DNA from: an uncultured Gammaproteobacteria bacterium
GTDB taxonomy: Bacteria > Patescibacteriota > Patescibacteriia > Magasanikbacterales > UBA922
NCBI GenBank assembly: GCA_964522405.1
Contig: CAZFTR010000004.1
Location: 22,349-86,348 of the forward strand
DNA: 64,000 nucleotides
Direction of reading: 5' to 3'
The notes beneath the pieces were generated by a model. It made no database searches. It was not told the DNA's origin and saw only the letters and a program-made list of their open reading frames with translations. Position 1 is the stretch's first letter. Each line of letters opens with the position of its first letter. Positions 49,285 to 59,971 of the stretch are shown piece after piece. The translations under genes and the position numbers were made by a program.

Positions 49285-49563
49285 TTATCTGTCACGTCGT
49301 GCATTCATGCACTCGCGGCAGTAAACTGGCTTGTCATTTGACGGTTGAAATGGAAGTTGGGTAATTTTTGTACCACATTCTCCACAATCAATATCTACGT
49401 CATATAGTCTGCGCTGTGGTCTGTTCTCACGACTTTGTCTAAATTCGCGATTACAATCAGCACAGTAAACAGGTCTGTCGCCAGATGGTTGAAATGGAAG
49501 TTGTGAAATGTGAGTATTACACTTAGCACAGCTTAGATCCACATCATACATTTGTCTGTCCAT
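49285..49563 (-). CDS. CxxC-x17-CxxC domain protein (two tandem repeats)
   Basis: C..C...I.QLPFQP..D.PVYC..C twice. Confidence 0.9.
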   Translation of the reverse strand: MDRQMYDVDLSCAKCNTHISQLPFQPSGDRPVYCADCNREFRQSRENRPQRRLYDVDIDCGECGTKITQLPFQPSNDKPVYCRECMNARRDR

Positions 49564-49731
49564 AGTATGTTTTTTGTGTGTTTCTCAAATGAAGTTTGAG
49601 AAAATTTATAAATCGACCTTGTCGATTGGAAACGTCCTATGTCGAAGACAAATTCTCGTTGCCAATTGGTCTCTATAGTAGCATAAAATGAAGAAAAATG
49701 CAAGGGTGGCTGTTAATAAGAAATTAAATTC

Positions 49732-49760
49732 TTGACAAACCTCGTTTTTTATGCTATTTT
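49732..49760 (+). promoter_or_regulatory. Sigma70 promoter of GC islet 9
   Basis: TTGACA-17 nt-TATTTT with extended TG. Confidence 0.7.
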
Positions 49761-49840
49761 CAGATATCAATGATCCGAAACTCTAATGTTTTCGCTGTGC
49801 ACAAAAATTGCTCATAACGAGAACCTTAGAGGAGAACCTG

Positions 49841-50059
49841 ATGGTTGTCACCATCATCCAAGTAGTAATGGTTGTTCTCATGTTTCTGGCCGGCCTCTGT
49901 CTGATCATTGATGGCGCGCTCCGGGTTTTCAAGCCCAGCCTCAGCCACAGGCAGATGATTCCTCGAGCCGACTACTGGAAGCAGCGCATGGCAGGACTGA
50001 TCGAGATGGCTGTTGGCTCTGCCCTGCTCGCCATCCTGCTGACCATTGCACTGGTCTGA
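49841..50059 (+). CDS. GC-rich two-TM ORFan (islet 9), 72 aa
   Basis: GAGGAG SD before ATG 49841; two hydrophobic helices. Confidence 0.7.
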   Translation: MVVTIIQVVMVVLMFLAGLCLIIDGALRVFKPSLSHRQMIPRADYWKQRMAGLIEMAVGSALLAILLTIALV

Positions 50060-50210
50060 AACATGAAACAACTGATTCGGCTGCGCCGCAGACGCAGCCT
50101 CGCTCATTCTGGGGCTTTCTCCCCACCAACCACAACAAGGAGGTGAGGACGAACTCTGCACTCGTCCCTCCGAATATTTTCAGTAGTTATAATGCAAATT
50201 GAGGAGTATT

Positions 50211-50237
50211 AAAAAACAGCCGATTTGGCTGTTTTTT
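50211..50237. terminator. Bidirectional terminator
   Basis: AAAAAACAGCC-gattt-GGCTGTTTTTT. Confidence 0.85.
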
Positions 50238-50255
50238 AGATCTCAACTTTAACTT

Positions 50256-50981
50256 TTATTCAGCTAAAATAAAATTCAAATCAAGATTAAAGCTAATATC
50301 ATCCTTGATAGCCTTGTCACCCAACTCTTTAAATATTGAACCTGATTTAAAATTAATACCCCAACGAGTACGATCAATATCAAAATCAGCCTTAACATTG
50401 AAAACACCTCCCTCATCTATAGTCTTTGCCTGAAAACTGATTTCTTTAGTCTTATCAAGAATTGTTAAATTACCTTCTACTTCATAAAGTTCTAGCTCTA
50501 TCTGCTTAAGAAAGGTTAAGACAAATTTAGTCTCAGGAAAATTTTCTACATTAAAAAAATCTTCTGAGCGAATATGTTTTAAAAATAATTCACTTTCCTT
50601 ATCATCATCAATACTTTGCATATCTATTATAAACTCTCCAGAATCAAAAAATCCCTTTTCTTTCATAAGCAAACCACTCTTCAAATCAACACTACCAGTA
50701 TGCCCACCCCCCGCTACATGCGATGCTGACCAGTTTAATTGAGAATTAGTAGTATCCAAAGTATATTTTTGAGAAGGCATTATTTCCTGATTTTCTTCTT
50801 GTAGCTCTTCTTTTTCCTCAGCAGGCACTACTTCTTCTACTGCCACATCTTCATTTAACTGTTCTGTCTCAAGAGCAGGCACGACTTGCTCCACCGGCAC
50901 TTGTTCAACCCCTTTTGAACAACCCGCGCCAATCAATAAAAACAATACCAAAAATCCTCCTATTTTCAAATATTTTTGCAT
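50256..50981 (-). CDS. YceI family lipoprotein
   Basis: LIGAGC lipobox-like; HTG, H.RS.DFF.VE.FP, GNLTI...TK.I, IDRTRWG. Confidence 0.88.
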   Translation of the reverse strand: MQKYLKIGGFLVLFLLIGAGCSKGVEQVPVEQVVPALETEQLNEDVAVEEVVPAEEKEELQEENQEIMPSQKYTLDTTNSQLNWSASHVAGGGHTGSVDLKSGLLMKEKGFFDSGEFIIDMQSIDDDKESELFLKHIRSEDFFNVENFPETKFVLTFLKQIELELYEVEGNLTILDKTKEISFQAKTIDEGGVFNVKADFDIDRTRWGINFKSGSIFKELGDKAIKDDISFNLDLNFILAE

Positions 50982-51064
50982 AGATAAAAATAATAATAAC
51001 TAATTAAGTTTACATTATTAAGAAATAATTTCAATTGTGTATAATTGAGAGCAAAATTATACTA

Positions 51065-53218
51065 CTATAATTTCTTTCTCCTGATCCTCAAGCTATTTCC
51101 CACAACTGAAACACTACTCATACTCATAGCTGCAGCAGCTATAATAGGGCTGAGTACTCCAAACATGGCAAGTGGTATTGCCACTACATTGTAGATAAAA
51201 GCAAAGAATAGATTTTGCTTAATAGAAGAAAATGTTTGACGAGAAAGTCTGATAGCTTCTACAACTTTTTGAGGATTACTCTGCATCAGCACTATACTTC
51301 CGGCTTCTATTGCCACATCTGTTCCACTACCCACCGCAATACCAAGATCTGCTTGTGCAAGAGCCGGAGCATCGTTTATTCCGTCCCCTACAAATGCCAC
51401 CACTTCTCCCTTTTTTTGCAGTTTTTGAACTTCTTCTGCCTTATGATCAGGCATTATATTTGCCACTACGTGCTCAATATCAAGTTGCTTTGCTATTGCT
51501 TGCGCTGTTTTCTCGTGATCCCCAGTAATCATATAGACATCTATATTCTGAGAACCAAGCTGCTGCACTGCTTTTTTTGCAGTGTCACGCACCACATCTG
51601 CCACAGCTACGATAGCAATTATTTTTTTATCTTCTACTACATACATTGGTGTTTTTCCATCATTTGCCAATCTCTCAAAAACTTCACTATACTTTTTGTT
51701 TTGTTCAACACCAACCTCTTCAACTAATTTAGAGTTACCAAGCTTAATACTTCTTGATTCAATCACACCCTCTACACCTTTACCAGATATTGCTCGAACA
51801 TCAGTTACTTTTTTAAGATCAAACTTATTGTTTTTTGCATATTTAGCAAATGCAGAAGCTAACACATGCTCGCTTTGAGATTCAATAGAACAAGCAAGAA
51901 CCATGATGTCTTTTTCATCTGTGTCTTTAGCAAATATCTCTATATCTGTAACAACCGGCTCGGCTTTTGTCAGAGTACCTGTCTTATCAAACATTACAGA
52001 TGTAATTTTGTGAGCAATTTCAAGACTTTGAGATTCCTTGATAAGTATTCCGTTTTCTGCACCTTTTCCGCTTCCAACCATAATAGCTGTTGGGGTTGCA
52101 AGACCAAGAGCGCACGGACAAGCAATTACAAGCACGGCAACCGCATGAATAATACTTGCCTCAAGTCCTGCTGACACCATAAACATCCAGACTAGAAATG
52201 TAGCAAGCGCTAGCAACATAACAATCGGAACAAAAACCCCAGCCACTTTGTCTGCAAGTTTTTGAATTGGAGCTTTTGAACTCTGTGCTTGTTCAACCAG
52301 CTTTATAATTTGTGAAAGCACAGTATCTTCCCCAACCTTTGTTACTTTTACTTCAATTACACCGGAACCATTGATAGTTGCTCCATAGACAAGATCGCCT
52401 ACATTTTTTTCTACCGGAATACTTTCACCTGTAAGCATTGATTCGTTTACAGAAGTTGATCCTTTTAGCACTTCAGAATCAAGTGGAATTTTCTCTCCAG
52501 GCTTTACCAGTAACAGATCTCCAACACGGATTTTCTCTACATCCATTTCTTGCTCCTCTCCATCTACAAGTACTCGTGCTTTTTTAACACCAAGCGCTAA
52601 TAGTTTTTGTATAGCACTTGAAGCCCTACCTTTACTCTTCTCTTCCAGATATTTACCAAGAAGTATAAGCGTAATAATAACTGCAGCAGTTTCAAAATAT
52701 ACATGACCATCAAAGAGCATTGCATAAACCGAGTATGCAAAGGCTGCAATCGTACCAACAGATACCAGTGTATCCATATTTGCCCGAAATCTCTTTAGCT
52801 GAATTAACATCCCTTTGTGAAACTGCCAACCAACGACAAAAACTACCCAAGCTGTCAATATAGCCATTATCATCATGACTGTTTGATTTTTCATGAGAAC
52901 AGGAACAAACATGGTCAAAAGCAGTGGCAATGTCAGAACAAAGGCAGTTATAAATTTTTTTCTTGCTTTTTGAGTAGCAGTATCATGTTGAGGCTTCTTG
53001 GCACCCTCACGCTCTACTTGGTAATCTCCTGCTTTTGAAATTGCCTCATCAATCGCCCCTTCACTCACCATATTTTCATCATACTCAACATAAGCCTTGC
53101 TCATACCATAATTAACTGATGCTTTTTTTATTCCATCAATTTTACCTAATTGTTTTTCAATATTAAGAGCGCAACTTGTACAGTGCATCCCTTGAATTTT
53201 TAAGCTATCTTTTTTCAT
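51065..53218 (-). CDS. copA: Cu(I)-exporting P1B-type ATPase
   Basis: GMHCTSC HMA domain, [38 protein letters not shown]. Confidence 0.93.
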   Translation of the reverse strand: MKKDSLKIQGMHCTSCALNIEKQLGKIDGIKKASVNYGMSKAYVEYDENMVSEGAIDEAISKAGDYQVEREGAKKPQHDTATQKARKKFITAFVLTLPLLLTMFVPVLMKNQTVMMIMAILTAWVVFVVGWQFHKGMLIQLKRFRANMDTLVSVGTIAAFAYSVYAMLFDGHVYFETAAVIITLILLGKYLEEKSKGRASSAIQKLLALGVKKARVLVDGEEQEMDVEKIRVGDLLLVKPGEKIPLDSEVLKGSTSVNESMLTGESIPVEKNVGDLVYGATINGSGVIEVKVTKVGEDTVLSQIIKLVEQAQSSKAPIQKLADKVAGVFVPIVMLLALATFLVWMFMVSAGLEASIIHAVAVLVIACPCALGLATPTAIMVGSGKGAENGILIKESQSLEIAHKITSVMFDKTGTLTKAEPVVTDIEIFAKDTDEKDIMVLACSIESQSEHVLASAFAKYAKNNKFDLKKVTDVRAISGKGVEGVIESRSIKLGNSKLVEEVGVEQNKKYSEVFERLANDGKTPMYVVEDKKIIAIVAVADVVRDTAKKAVQQLGSQNIDVYMITGDHEKTAQAIAKQLDIEHVVANIMPDHKAEEVQKLQKKGEVVAFVGDGINDAPALAQADLGIAVGSGTDVAIEAGSIVLMQSNPQKVVEAIRLSRQTFSSIKQNLFFAFIYNVVAIPLAMFGVLSPIIAAAAMSMSSVSVVGNSLRIRRKKL

Positions 53219-53219
53219 A

Positions 53220-54557
53220 TTATTCTATTACATTAAATGAACCGCGGATCATCCCCATCCAGCAGCTAAATGAGACTGTACCTGCGCTTGTAGGAGTAAA
53301 TTCTACAATATTTTGACCAGGTGTAAGCTTTTTACTGATTCCATATTTTGGAACAATAACCTCATTTGAACAACCTGTAATTTGCTTACCATTTATAATC
53401 CATTTTACTGGTACGCCTTTTTTAATTTCAAATCTATTTGGTGTAAATCCGTAATAGTCTACATCCATTTCTATAACTTGTACTCCATTCTCAACAGCAA
53501 TACCTGAATTGTTGGATTCCCTTACTTCTCCTCCCCCAAGAACTATACCATTGGCTGCAAGTCCTGACGAGAGGGTATACCAGGCAAAAGCAAGAATAAC
53601 AAATCCAATTACTTTTTTGAGTACAATACGATCTAGGTTTTGACTTTTTGTACTCATCACACCCACCCCAAGCAAAACCGGCATAGTTCCAAAAGCAAAA
53701 AGCGCAAGTGTCATACCACCTACAAAGAAACTACCGGAAGCTACAGCAAAAAGTTGCATACTTTGTGTAAATCCGCAGGGCAAGAAAAAGGTAAATGCGC
53801 CAAGCACAACCGGAGCCATAGCATGTTCAGATTTTTTTATCTTATTCCAGTACTTAATGACTCCTTTTGGCATATGAAATCCGGTACTAGTGATAGATGG
53901 CAGAACCCCAAGAATATTTAATCCCATCCAAGCAAGAACAACAGCAATAAACACAGTAAACCAACCCATTGCGGAAATTGAAAGCTCAAAGAAATTTCCA
54001 ACTGTCGCCAACAATCCACCCAAGATAAAGAAGGCACCAATGCGACCTACGTGAAACAGTAAATGTGGTTTGGTATTTCTCTCAAACTTCGAACCTTTTG
54101 ACTGGTATTTTGCACCAAACGAGATGACAACCGCACCAACTACTGCCAAACATGTAGAAAGTGAGGCTACTATACCGACTAGAATCGCTGCGCCATAGCC
54201 AATATTTACAGTCTCAATCTCCAGAAAACTCAATATTCCTATCCATTTAAAGTATCTATATACCCAATACAGACAAAACACGACAAATAGAGACCAATAC
54301 CACTGCGCTTTGGTTGCTTTTTTCTTTGGCTGAACCTTAGAGTCAGATGTTTCAGATACCGCATATCCGAGCTTTTTAAGTTTATGCATTATCTTTCCCA
54401 TGTTCAGTGAATTTCCAGAAAATTGTATCTCGGCAATCTGTTTTTTATGACAAACAACCACTTCTTCTATATTTTCAATTCCATTGAGTTCGTCTGAAAT
54501 AATGGTCTCACAAGAGACGCAGGTCATGCCCACTATTTTAAATTGTTTTTTTCCCAT
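53220..54557 (-). CDS. HMA + DsbD_2 (sulfite exporter-like) + cupredoxin fusion protein
   Basis: GMTCVSC; [16 protein letters not shown]; C-terminal FSCWMGM. Confidence 0.88.
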   Translation of the reverse strand: MGKKQFKIVGMTCVSCETIISDELNGIENIEEVVVCHKKQIAEIQFSGNSLNMGKIMHKLKKLGYAVSETSDSKVQPKKKATKAQWYWSLFVVFCLYWVYRYFKWIGILSFLEIETVNIGYGAAILVGIVASLSTCLAVVGAVVISFGAKYQSKGSKFERNTKPHLLFHVGRIGAFFILGGLLATVGNFFELSISAMGWFTVFIAVVLAWMGLNILGVLPSITSTGFHMPKGVIKYWNKIKKSEHAMAPVVLGAFTFFLPCGFTQSMQLFAVASGSFFVGGMTLALFAFGTMPVLLGVGVMSTKSQNLDRIVLKKVIGFVILAFAWYTLSSGLAANGIVLGGGEVRESNNSGIAVENGVQVIEMDVDYYGFTPNRFEIKKGVPVKWIINGKQITGCSNEVIVPKYGISKKLTPGQNIVEFTPTSAGTVSFSCWMGMIRGSFNVIE

Positions 54558-54605
54558 ATAAATATGAATTGTCTATTTACTAACTATATTGCTTATCCCA
54601 CTAAA

Positions 54606-54989
54606 TCAAACTTCATCAATCACTTTTTTTAATTTCTCTTCTACCAGCATACCGACTTCTTCTAACTCAGGATTACCTATCATACCCATAGCAGCTGAAG
54701 GTAACATGGCAGATACATAAACCTTTCCATCACGCTCATAGACAATAACATTGCAGGGCAAAAATAGTCCAATTTCTCTTTCTACTTGCAAGACCTGGTA
54801 TGCAGATTCAGGATTGCAAACACCAAGAATTAGATAATTATCAAAATCCACATCAAGTTTTTTCTTAAGAGTTGCCTTTACATCTATTTCAGTCATAATG
54901 CCAAAACCTTCCAAATCTAATTGTTTTTTAGTCTTTTCAATTGCCTCGACAAATGATATATCTAATTGTTTAGTGTATCCGTATTTCAT
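54606..54989 (-). CDS. DUF302 family protein
   Basis: GFG..TEID, ILG.CNP..A, IG..LPCNV.V. Confidence 0.9.
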   Translation of the reverse strand: MKYGYTKQLDISFVEAIEKTKKQLDLEGFGIMTEIDVKATLKKKLDVDFDNYLILGVCNPESAYQVLQVEREIGLFLPCNVIVYERDGKVYVSAMLPSAAMGMIGNPELEEVGMLVEEKLKKVIDEV

Positions 54990-55004
54990 ATTATTAAAGT
55001 TAAT

Positions 55005-55038
55005 TTAGACAGATCACAGAATCCTGTGACCTGTCTAA
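55005..55038. repeat. REP-like hairpin
   Basis: TTAGACAG-a-TCACAG-aatc-CTGTGA-c-CTGTCTAA. Confidence 0.6.
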
Positions 55039-55054
55039 CTAATTTAGCGGTTTT

Positions 55055-55933
55055 TTATTCTGCCTTTGGTTTTACTATTTTACCTGTACTTAAATCCTTG
55101 TATGGTTGTCCAAGAGCTGTCATTTCTCTAAAAACAAACATACCGTCAGGCTCTACTGTTCCAACCTGATTCCAAAGTTGAGTTAGAGCTGGATAATTCT
55201 TTGTTTCACTTGAAAGAATAATAGTCGGCAATCCCTTTATTTGATATTTTTCTATCAATTCTTTTCCAATATTTTCAGAAATATCAAAACTCTCGATATT
55301 AGAGAAACCTAACCCAAAACGTTGTAAAATAGGTTGCTGAACAGCCACCACATCATAACAATCAGTACAAGTTTTATCGGTTATATAAATCAAATTAACC
55401 AAACCCATAGTCTGATTTTGGGCTAAATTGAAATATGGAACAATCTCTGACTCCCAAACAATAACCTTATTATTAACTTTCCGAGAACCTTTTTCAAGAG
55501 CTTGTGCTAATTTACTATTTATTTCTTCTTCAGCAACAAATATCAAAGCTGGTAATTTCTTTAATTCAAACCGCTCAATAACTTCTTTTGCTTTTTCAGT
55601 GCCAAATGTATAAATTTTATCATCACTTAATTCTACATTTTGACTACTAAGAACCTTCTTCTCAGCTGCCATATCACCACATTGCGGACAACTCTCTGGT
55701 AAAACCAATAATAACTCCCCTTCTTGTGGCTTTGTTATTTCAATTGCTTGATTTAATTTATTATTTACTGTAAATGTAAAAAATCCCATTACAATAATAT
55801 TTAGAACCACAACAATACCAAGTATTATTGCTAATATCTCAATAGTATTTTTTCTTTGTGGCCTTTTTTTCTCTTCTTTACTTTGACAACAACCCTTTTC
55901 AGGATTAAGATCTTTTTTTATTTCTTCAGTCAT
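55055..55933 (-). CDS. Membrane-anchored protein with two thioredoxin-like CxxC repeats
   Basis: TM near N-terminus; CPQC and CTDC each followed by ..E.G.ELI.KY.I..LP-like segment. Confidence 0.7.
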   Translation of the reverse strand: MTEEIKKDLNPEKGCCQSKEEKKRPQRKNTIEILAIILGIVVVLNIIVMGFFTFTVNNKLNQAIEITKPQEGELLLVLPESCPQCGDMAAEKKVLSSQNVELSDDKIYTFGTEKAKEVIERFELKKLPALIFVAEEEINSKLAQALEKGSRKVNNKVIVWESEIVPYFNLAQNQTMGLVNLIYITDKTCTDCYDVVAVQQPILQRFGLGFSNIESFDISENIGKELIEKYQIKGLPTIILSSETKNYPALTQLWNQVGTVEPDGMFVFREMTALGQPYKDLSTGKIVKPKAE

Positions 55934-55957
55934 AATTTATTATTTATTAATGAATAA

Positions 55958-55992
55958 CCACCCCCTAGCCCCCCCTTGAAAAGAGGGGGAAT
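55958..55992. repeat. C-rich/G-rich short palindromic intergenic repeat
   Basis: CCACCCCCTAGCCCCCCCTTGAAAAGAGGGGGAAT. Confidence 0.55.
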
Positions 55993-56043
55993 GAATTTGT
56001 TTTCAATCACTTGTTAATTACGAGTTGTTAATTGTCAATTAAT

Positions 56044-56229
56044 TTAGCATCCCCCTACCATTTGTGGCGCAGAACCATCATCACTGAAACTTACTGCTGA
56101 TGGAGAAGATCCTAAACCGACTTCTGCTTCTACTAATTTTTTATTTACACTGGCCAGAGCCGCTGTCTGAAATGATAGAGCAATCACTGCTGCCGCAAGC
56201 ATAATTGTTAGATTTTTTTTACTGAACAT
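56044..56229 (-). CDS. Small exported peptide ending MVGGC
   Basis: 61 aa, signal/TM segment, C-terminus APQMVGGC. Confidence 0.75.
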   Translation of the reverse strand: MFSKKNLTIMLAAAVIALSFQTAALASVNKKLVEAEVGLGSSPSAVSFSDDGSAPQMVGGC

Positions 56230-56263
56230 ATTCTATTTATTAGTTATTAATTCTTAAATAAAT

Positions 56264-57433
56264 TTAACATCCCCCAACCATACCCGGAGCTTTGGTATCA
56301 GGAACAAAACCGGATTTTTTTGCCTTTTCGCTTAAATCTTTTATCTCCTCTTCAGTTAAATTCATTGTTAGATACTTAATATCCGGAAGATAATCCTTTT
56401 TTTCACCGGAAAGTGACTCTGCCATGCGTTTTTGCATTTGCGATGGAAAATATAAACCTTTTTGTCGCATAAGCTCATAAGAAATATCTGCATTTGTAAG
56501 TTCTGGATAATTTCGAATAAGGTATGCAGCGGTTCCACGCATAGCTATTGAGTGAGCGCAACCACAAGTAGGTGTGCCATCTTCACGAACCAAGGTTTTT
56601 ACTCCACAACAAAATTCACAGGTAATGTATGGCTCTGTTCCTATGGCAACATATCTTTTCATTTCTTCATCAGTCAACTCTATTGGATTTGATCCTTGTT
56701 TGGGCGCCATTTTTGATAATTTTGCAATTGAAGCATTTATAGCATTCAAATTAGACATATCTAACCCAAGTTCCGGACCATAGAATGGTAATTGAGCGGG
56801 AGTAACCAAAGAAGCTATATCCTTTGCAAAATCACCTGAAAGAGCGATTTCACCATTCATATCATGACCAATCATAGTGTTTCCAATTTGCATGGCATAA
56901 GCCTGATTTGTTATGAAAAGTACTGCAACAAAGACAACTGCAAATTTTTGAAACAATATATGCAGATCAGCCTTTGGCAATTTCCTTGGCTGGAAATTTT
57001 TTACTAATAAAAATATTCCAATACCAAGCAAGACAATGGAAAGCAATCTAATCCACCAGAAATATGGCGCAAGAGCCAAAACTGTTGTTGAAAGTCCAAA
57101 ATATGCCAGGAAAAATACCGGGCAGACCGGACAAAGCATTGTAAACAATGCTAATATTCCTGATCCTGAACCAATTGAACATGATGCCGCATTGAACTTT
57201 CTAGCTATGGCAAATAAAGCAGTTCCAAATCCAAACAAAATTGCAAATAATCCTGCGAAAGCCAGATCAAATCCGCTCACCTCTGACATAAATGGAATTC
57301 GATACTGAATTACCGGTAATTTCCACAGCCCGAGAAACAGGGTTTGGATTCCAAAAACCGCTATTGACGATCCCAGAAACCACAACCAAAATTGCTCAAG
57401 CCAGACTATAGATATTATTTTCTTTTTTAACAT
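56264..57433 (-). CDS. Membrane protein with Cys-rich soluble domain ending MVGGC
   Basis: TM region with CPVC (MerT/MerC-like); CEFCCG...CGCAH motif; C-terminus APGMVGGC. Confidence 0.75.
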   Translation of the reverse strand: MLKKKIISIVWLEQFWLWFLGSSIAVFGIQTLFLGLWKLPVIQYRIPFMSEVSGFDLAFAGLFAILFGFGTALFAIARKFNAASCSIGSGSGILALFTMLCPVCPVFFLAYFGLSTTVLALAPYFWWIRLLSIVLLGIGIFLLVKNFQPRKLPKADLHILFQKFAVVFVAVLFITNQAYAMQIGNTMIGHDMNGEIALSGDFAKDIASLVTPAQLPFYGPELGLDMSNLNAINASIAKLSKMAPKQGSNPIELTDEEMKRYVAIGTEPYITCEFCCGVKTLVREDGTPTCGCAHSIAMRGTAAYLIRNYPELTNADISYELMRQKGLYFPSQMQKRMAESLSGEKKDYLPDIKYLTMNLTEEEIKDLSEKAKKSGFVPDTKAPGMVGGC

Positions 57434-57466
57434 AGAGCTTTTTTCTTAATTAATTCTTATTTTTTA

Positions 57467-57919
57467 TCATGTCTTTGTGCAAGACATATTCTTTTGTTTT
57501 TTAACCCTTAACCACATGTACCAAATACCAAATATATTTACTACAGCGCCAATCGCAAGAAATAAATCTTGATACTTACTCATAGTTGTGGCAATACCCA
57601 TAAATCCCAGAACCGGAAAAAGATCTGCAAGATGATGGGCGCAACATGCGACCATAGCCACTCCTCCAGCACTGGCAGAAGCACCTGCCATGGCCAGCTT
57701 ATTTTCGTGAACAATAAAACGCAATTTTTGAAATAAATACATTTGTATTCCAAATCCAATCATTATGGGAGCTAAAAAATACCATCTTTCCAGAAAAAAT
57801 AAAAATGGATGCAATGGATCTTTTGTAGTTAGTAGGAGCAACAAGTAATAGAATACTATCATTATCAAGAAACCAATAGAACCAATCAGATATGGATTTA
57901 GTTTTGGCTTATTCATCAT
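57467..57919 (-). CDS. Membrane protein with ACCAHH motif (putative metal transporter)
   Basis: Four TM helices, MVACCAHHL; start at ATG 57919 or 57916. Confidence 0.75.
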   Translation of the reverse strand: MMNKPKLNPYLIGSIGFLIMIVFYYLLLLLTTKDPLHPFLFFLERWYFLAPIMIGFGIQMYLFQKLRFIVHENKLAMAGASASAGGVAMVACCAHHLADLFPVLGFMGIATTMSKYQDLFLAIGAVVNIFGIWYMWLRVKKQKNMSCTKT

Positions 57920-58451
57920 ACCTAAGATTATTAAACTCAAGCAATACTTCTCCAACCGGCATATCTGCTATTCTGAGAATAAGGGGCTCGTCAACATATT
58001 CAAAACTTAAAATACCAGCTATGTGATGTCCACCAATAGCGTCTGAAAAGGCATTCCAAGCTATAGCTTTTTCTCCATTTAACTCTGAAATTGATTTGTA
58101 ATCAAATTCAGCAAGATTAATTCTGTGATTATCTAGATTTAGCAGAATATTTGTATTTTTCAAATCAATATCTTCAGATAGAAATTCACTGCCAAATTCT
58201 TTTTCTAACTTCTCAATATTTTCCTCTGTTATCACTTCTGCGTCAAACTGTATAAAACCAACTTGTGAATTTGCTTTTTGTACTTTTATCTCTTCTTTTT
58301 CATTTGACTGAAGATGATTTTCCAAATCTTCCATACTGCTTTCCACTACAGAATTTATATTTGACGCAGCATAGAGATCCTTACCAACTTTCACCACCAC
58401 AATCAGCACAAATCCAATTAAAAGAGCAAGCAATATCTTTTTCATAGGCAT
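57909..58451 (-). CDS. Exported protein with GGHH motif
   Basis: Signal/TM anchor; LDNH, W....GGHH..G.L.F. Confidence 0.7.
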   Translation of the reverse strand: MPMKKILLALLIGFVLIVVVKVGKDLYAASNINSVVESSMEDLENHLQSNEKEEIKVQKANSQVGFIQFDAEVITEENIEKLEKEFGSEFLSEDIDLKNTNILLNLDNHRINLAEFDYKSISELNGEKAIAWNAFSDAIGGHHIAGILSFEYVDEPLILRIADMPVGEVLLEFNNLRYDE

Positions 58452-58463
58452 AAATTAATTGAT

Positions 58464-58904
58464 TTACCAATTTTTACAACATTCAATTATACGTTTTACA
58501 ATTCCACTAAGTCTTGAATTTGATCTATAAAAATATGCAAATCCAAACAATGTCCAAAGCGCCAGCAACAAGGCAATGGATTTTCCAATATTTTCAGTGT
58601 GTCCAAGAACTACAAACACCAGAAAAGTGGCTGTTAACAAAAAAGGCAAGCGGAAAATTAAAAAATCCTTTTTTACCTTCTTCTCAAGTAGATAATACAA
58701 CCCAACCACGCTCTGTCCCATAAGCGCTGCTATAATTATTGGATATTCAAATTTTCCTAACCAGTATAACATAAGTAAAATAATCCAAGTTATACTAACA
58801 CTGGCGCAAATCGCGCAAATTTCAAGCTTTGTGAGTCTTTTGAATATCAAAAATACTGGAAACAGAGCTGAAATGCTGACTAACACTAGAAATACAGGAC
58901 TCAT
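58464..58904 (-). CDS. Membrane protein with CAIC motif
   Basis: ICAICASVS.TW; C-terminal IIECC. Confidence 0.7.
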   Translation of the reverse strand: MSPVFLVLVSISALFPVFLIFKRLTKLEICAICASVSITWIILLMLYWLGKFEYPIIIAALMGQSVVGLYYLLEKKVKKDFLIFRLPFLLTATFLVFVVLGHTENIGKSIALLLALWTLFGFAYFYRSNSRLSGIVKRIIECCKNW

Positions 58905-59425
58905 AGAGCAAATTGCATAATAAGAGAAGTTATGAATAGTAAAACAAAGGTGATGGCAATACCTTGATAAGGAATTATTTTGCCATTTCTTAATTTTGAC
59001 AACTCTCTACTCAAGTAAGGAGAAACAAACATGATTAATGTACCTATGATCACACCAATCAAAAAACGATTGAACATATAAGTACGATTAAACATGGCTC
59101 CATACTCACCAAACCAATATATATTTACAGATGTATAATGTCGCATCATGGGCATAAGCGGGAGAATGGTTGAAAGAAAAACCAGAGCTGCCAAAATTGG
59201 TTTTTGGTGCTTTATATATTTCTTTTTTACCAATTTTACTATCCACAAAGACAATGCTAGAGCAAAAGCACCAATCAGAATTCCCACAACATAGGTACTA
59301 ACACCGATATATGCCGCGCCAACAGCCAGAGCTCCTGCTCCCGCAGTACACAATGGGCAATGAGCTTTGGCAACACCCGGAATAAGAGCAAAAACCACTA
59401 ATAAACCAAAGAATTTTTTCTTCAT
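58901..59425 (-). CDS. Membrane protein with HCPLC motif
   Basis: Signal ending AKA then HCPLC; several TM helices. Confidence 0.7.
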   Translation of the reverse strand: MKKKFFGLLVVFALIPGVAKAHCPLCTAGAGALAVGAAYIGVSTYVVGILIGAFALALSLWIVKLVKKKYIKHQKPILAALVFLSTILPLMPMMRHYTSVNIYWFGEYGAMFNRTYMFNRFLIGVIIGTLIMFVSPYLSRELSKLRNGKIIPYQGIAITFVLLFITSLIMQFAL

Positions 59426-59434
59426 ATTTACAAA

Positions 59435-59902
59435 TTAAAGTTCTGTAAATAATGAAGTGTTTCCCTCTGCGTCAACGCGATGAATTTTAAACACAGCCTT
59501 TGGTCCCGGCATTCCAGGAGAACCGGATGGCATTCCCGGCATGGCGATCATATGCTCGTCTGAATCCATCATCATTTCAATTCCCTTCACTGGAATATGC
59601 CCTTCTACAACTTTTCCATCTTCAAAAACAGAAGTGTGACAACTTTCCATATGAGCTGGAACACTGTGCTCTGCTTTTATAGCTGCCATATTTTCTGTTT
59701 CAATTACCTCCACATCATAACCCTCGCGACGAAGATAAGTAGCATAATTAGCACAACATCCGCAAGTTGGTGACTTATACACTTTTACAGATTGAGCTGA
59801 AGCAATCCCGGCATTTTCTGAAGTATTAAACAATCTGGGAGCAAAGAGCGCAGCTCCAACCAGAAGCACCACAATCGCAATTACTTTTTTTTGTTTTTTC
59901 AT
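59435..59902 (-). CDS. DUF411 (CopG-like) metal-binding protein
   Basis: YKSPTCGCC, SCHT, EGH.P, PGMP.GSPGM. Confidence 0.9.
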   Translation of the reverse strand: MKKQKKVIAIVVLLVGAALFAPRLFNTSENAGIASAQSVKVYKSPTCGCCANYATYLRREGYDVEVIETENMAAIKAEHSVPAHMESCHTSVFEDGKVVEGHIPVKGIEMMMDSDEHMIAMPGMPSGSPGMPGPKAVFKIHRVDAEGNTSLFTEL

Positions 59903-59926
59903 ATAAGTAGATAAAAATTAAATATT

Positions 59927-59955
59927 AAAAAACCACATCAAAAAAATCAATGTGG
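59927..59955 (-). terminator. Terminator-like hairpin between the first gene and the rest of the copper cluster
   Basis: - strand CCACATT-gattttttt-GATGTGG-TTTTTT. Confidence 0.5.
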
Positions 59956-59971
59956 AAAATTTAAAATCTAT

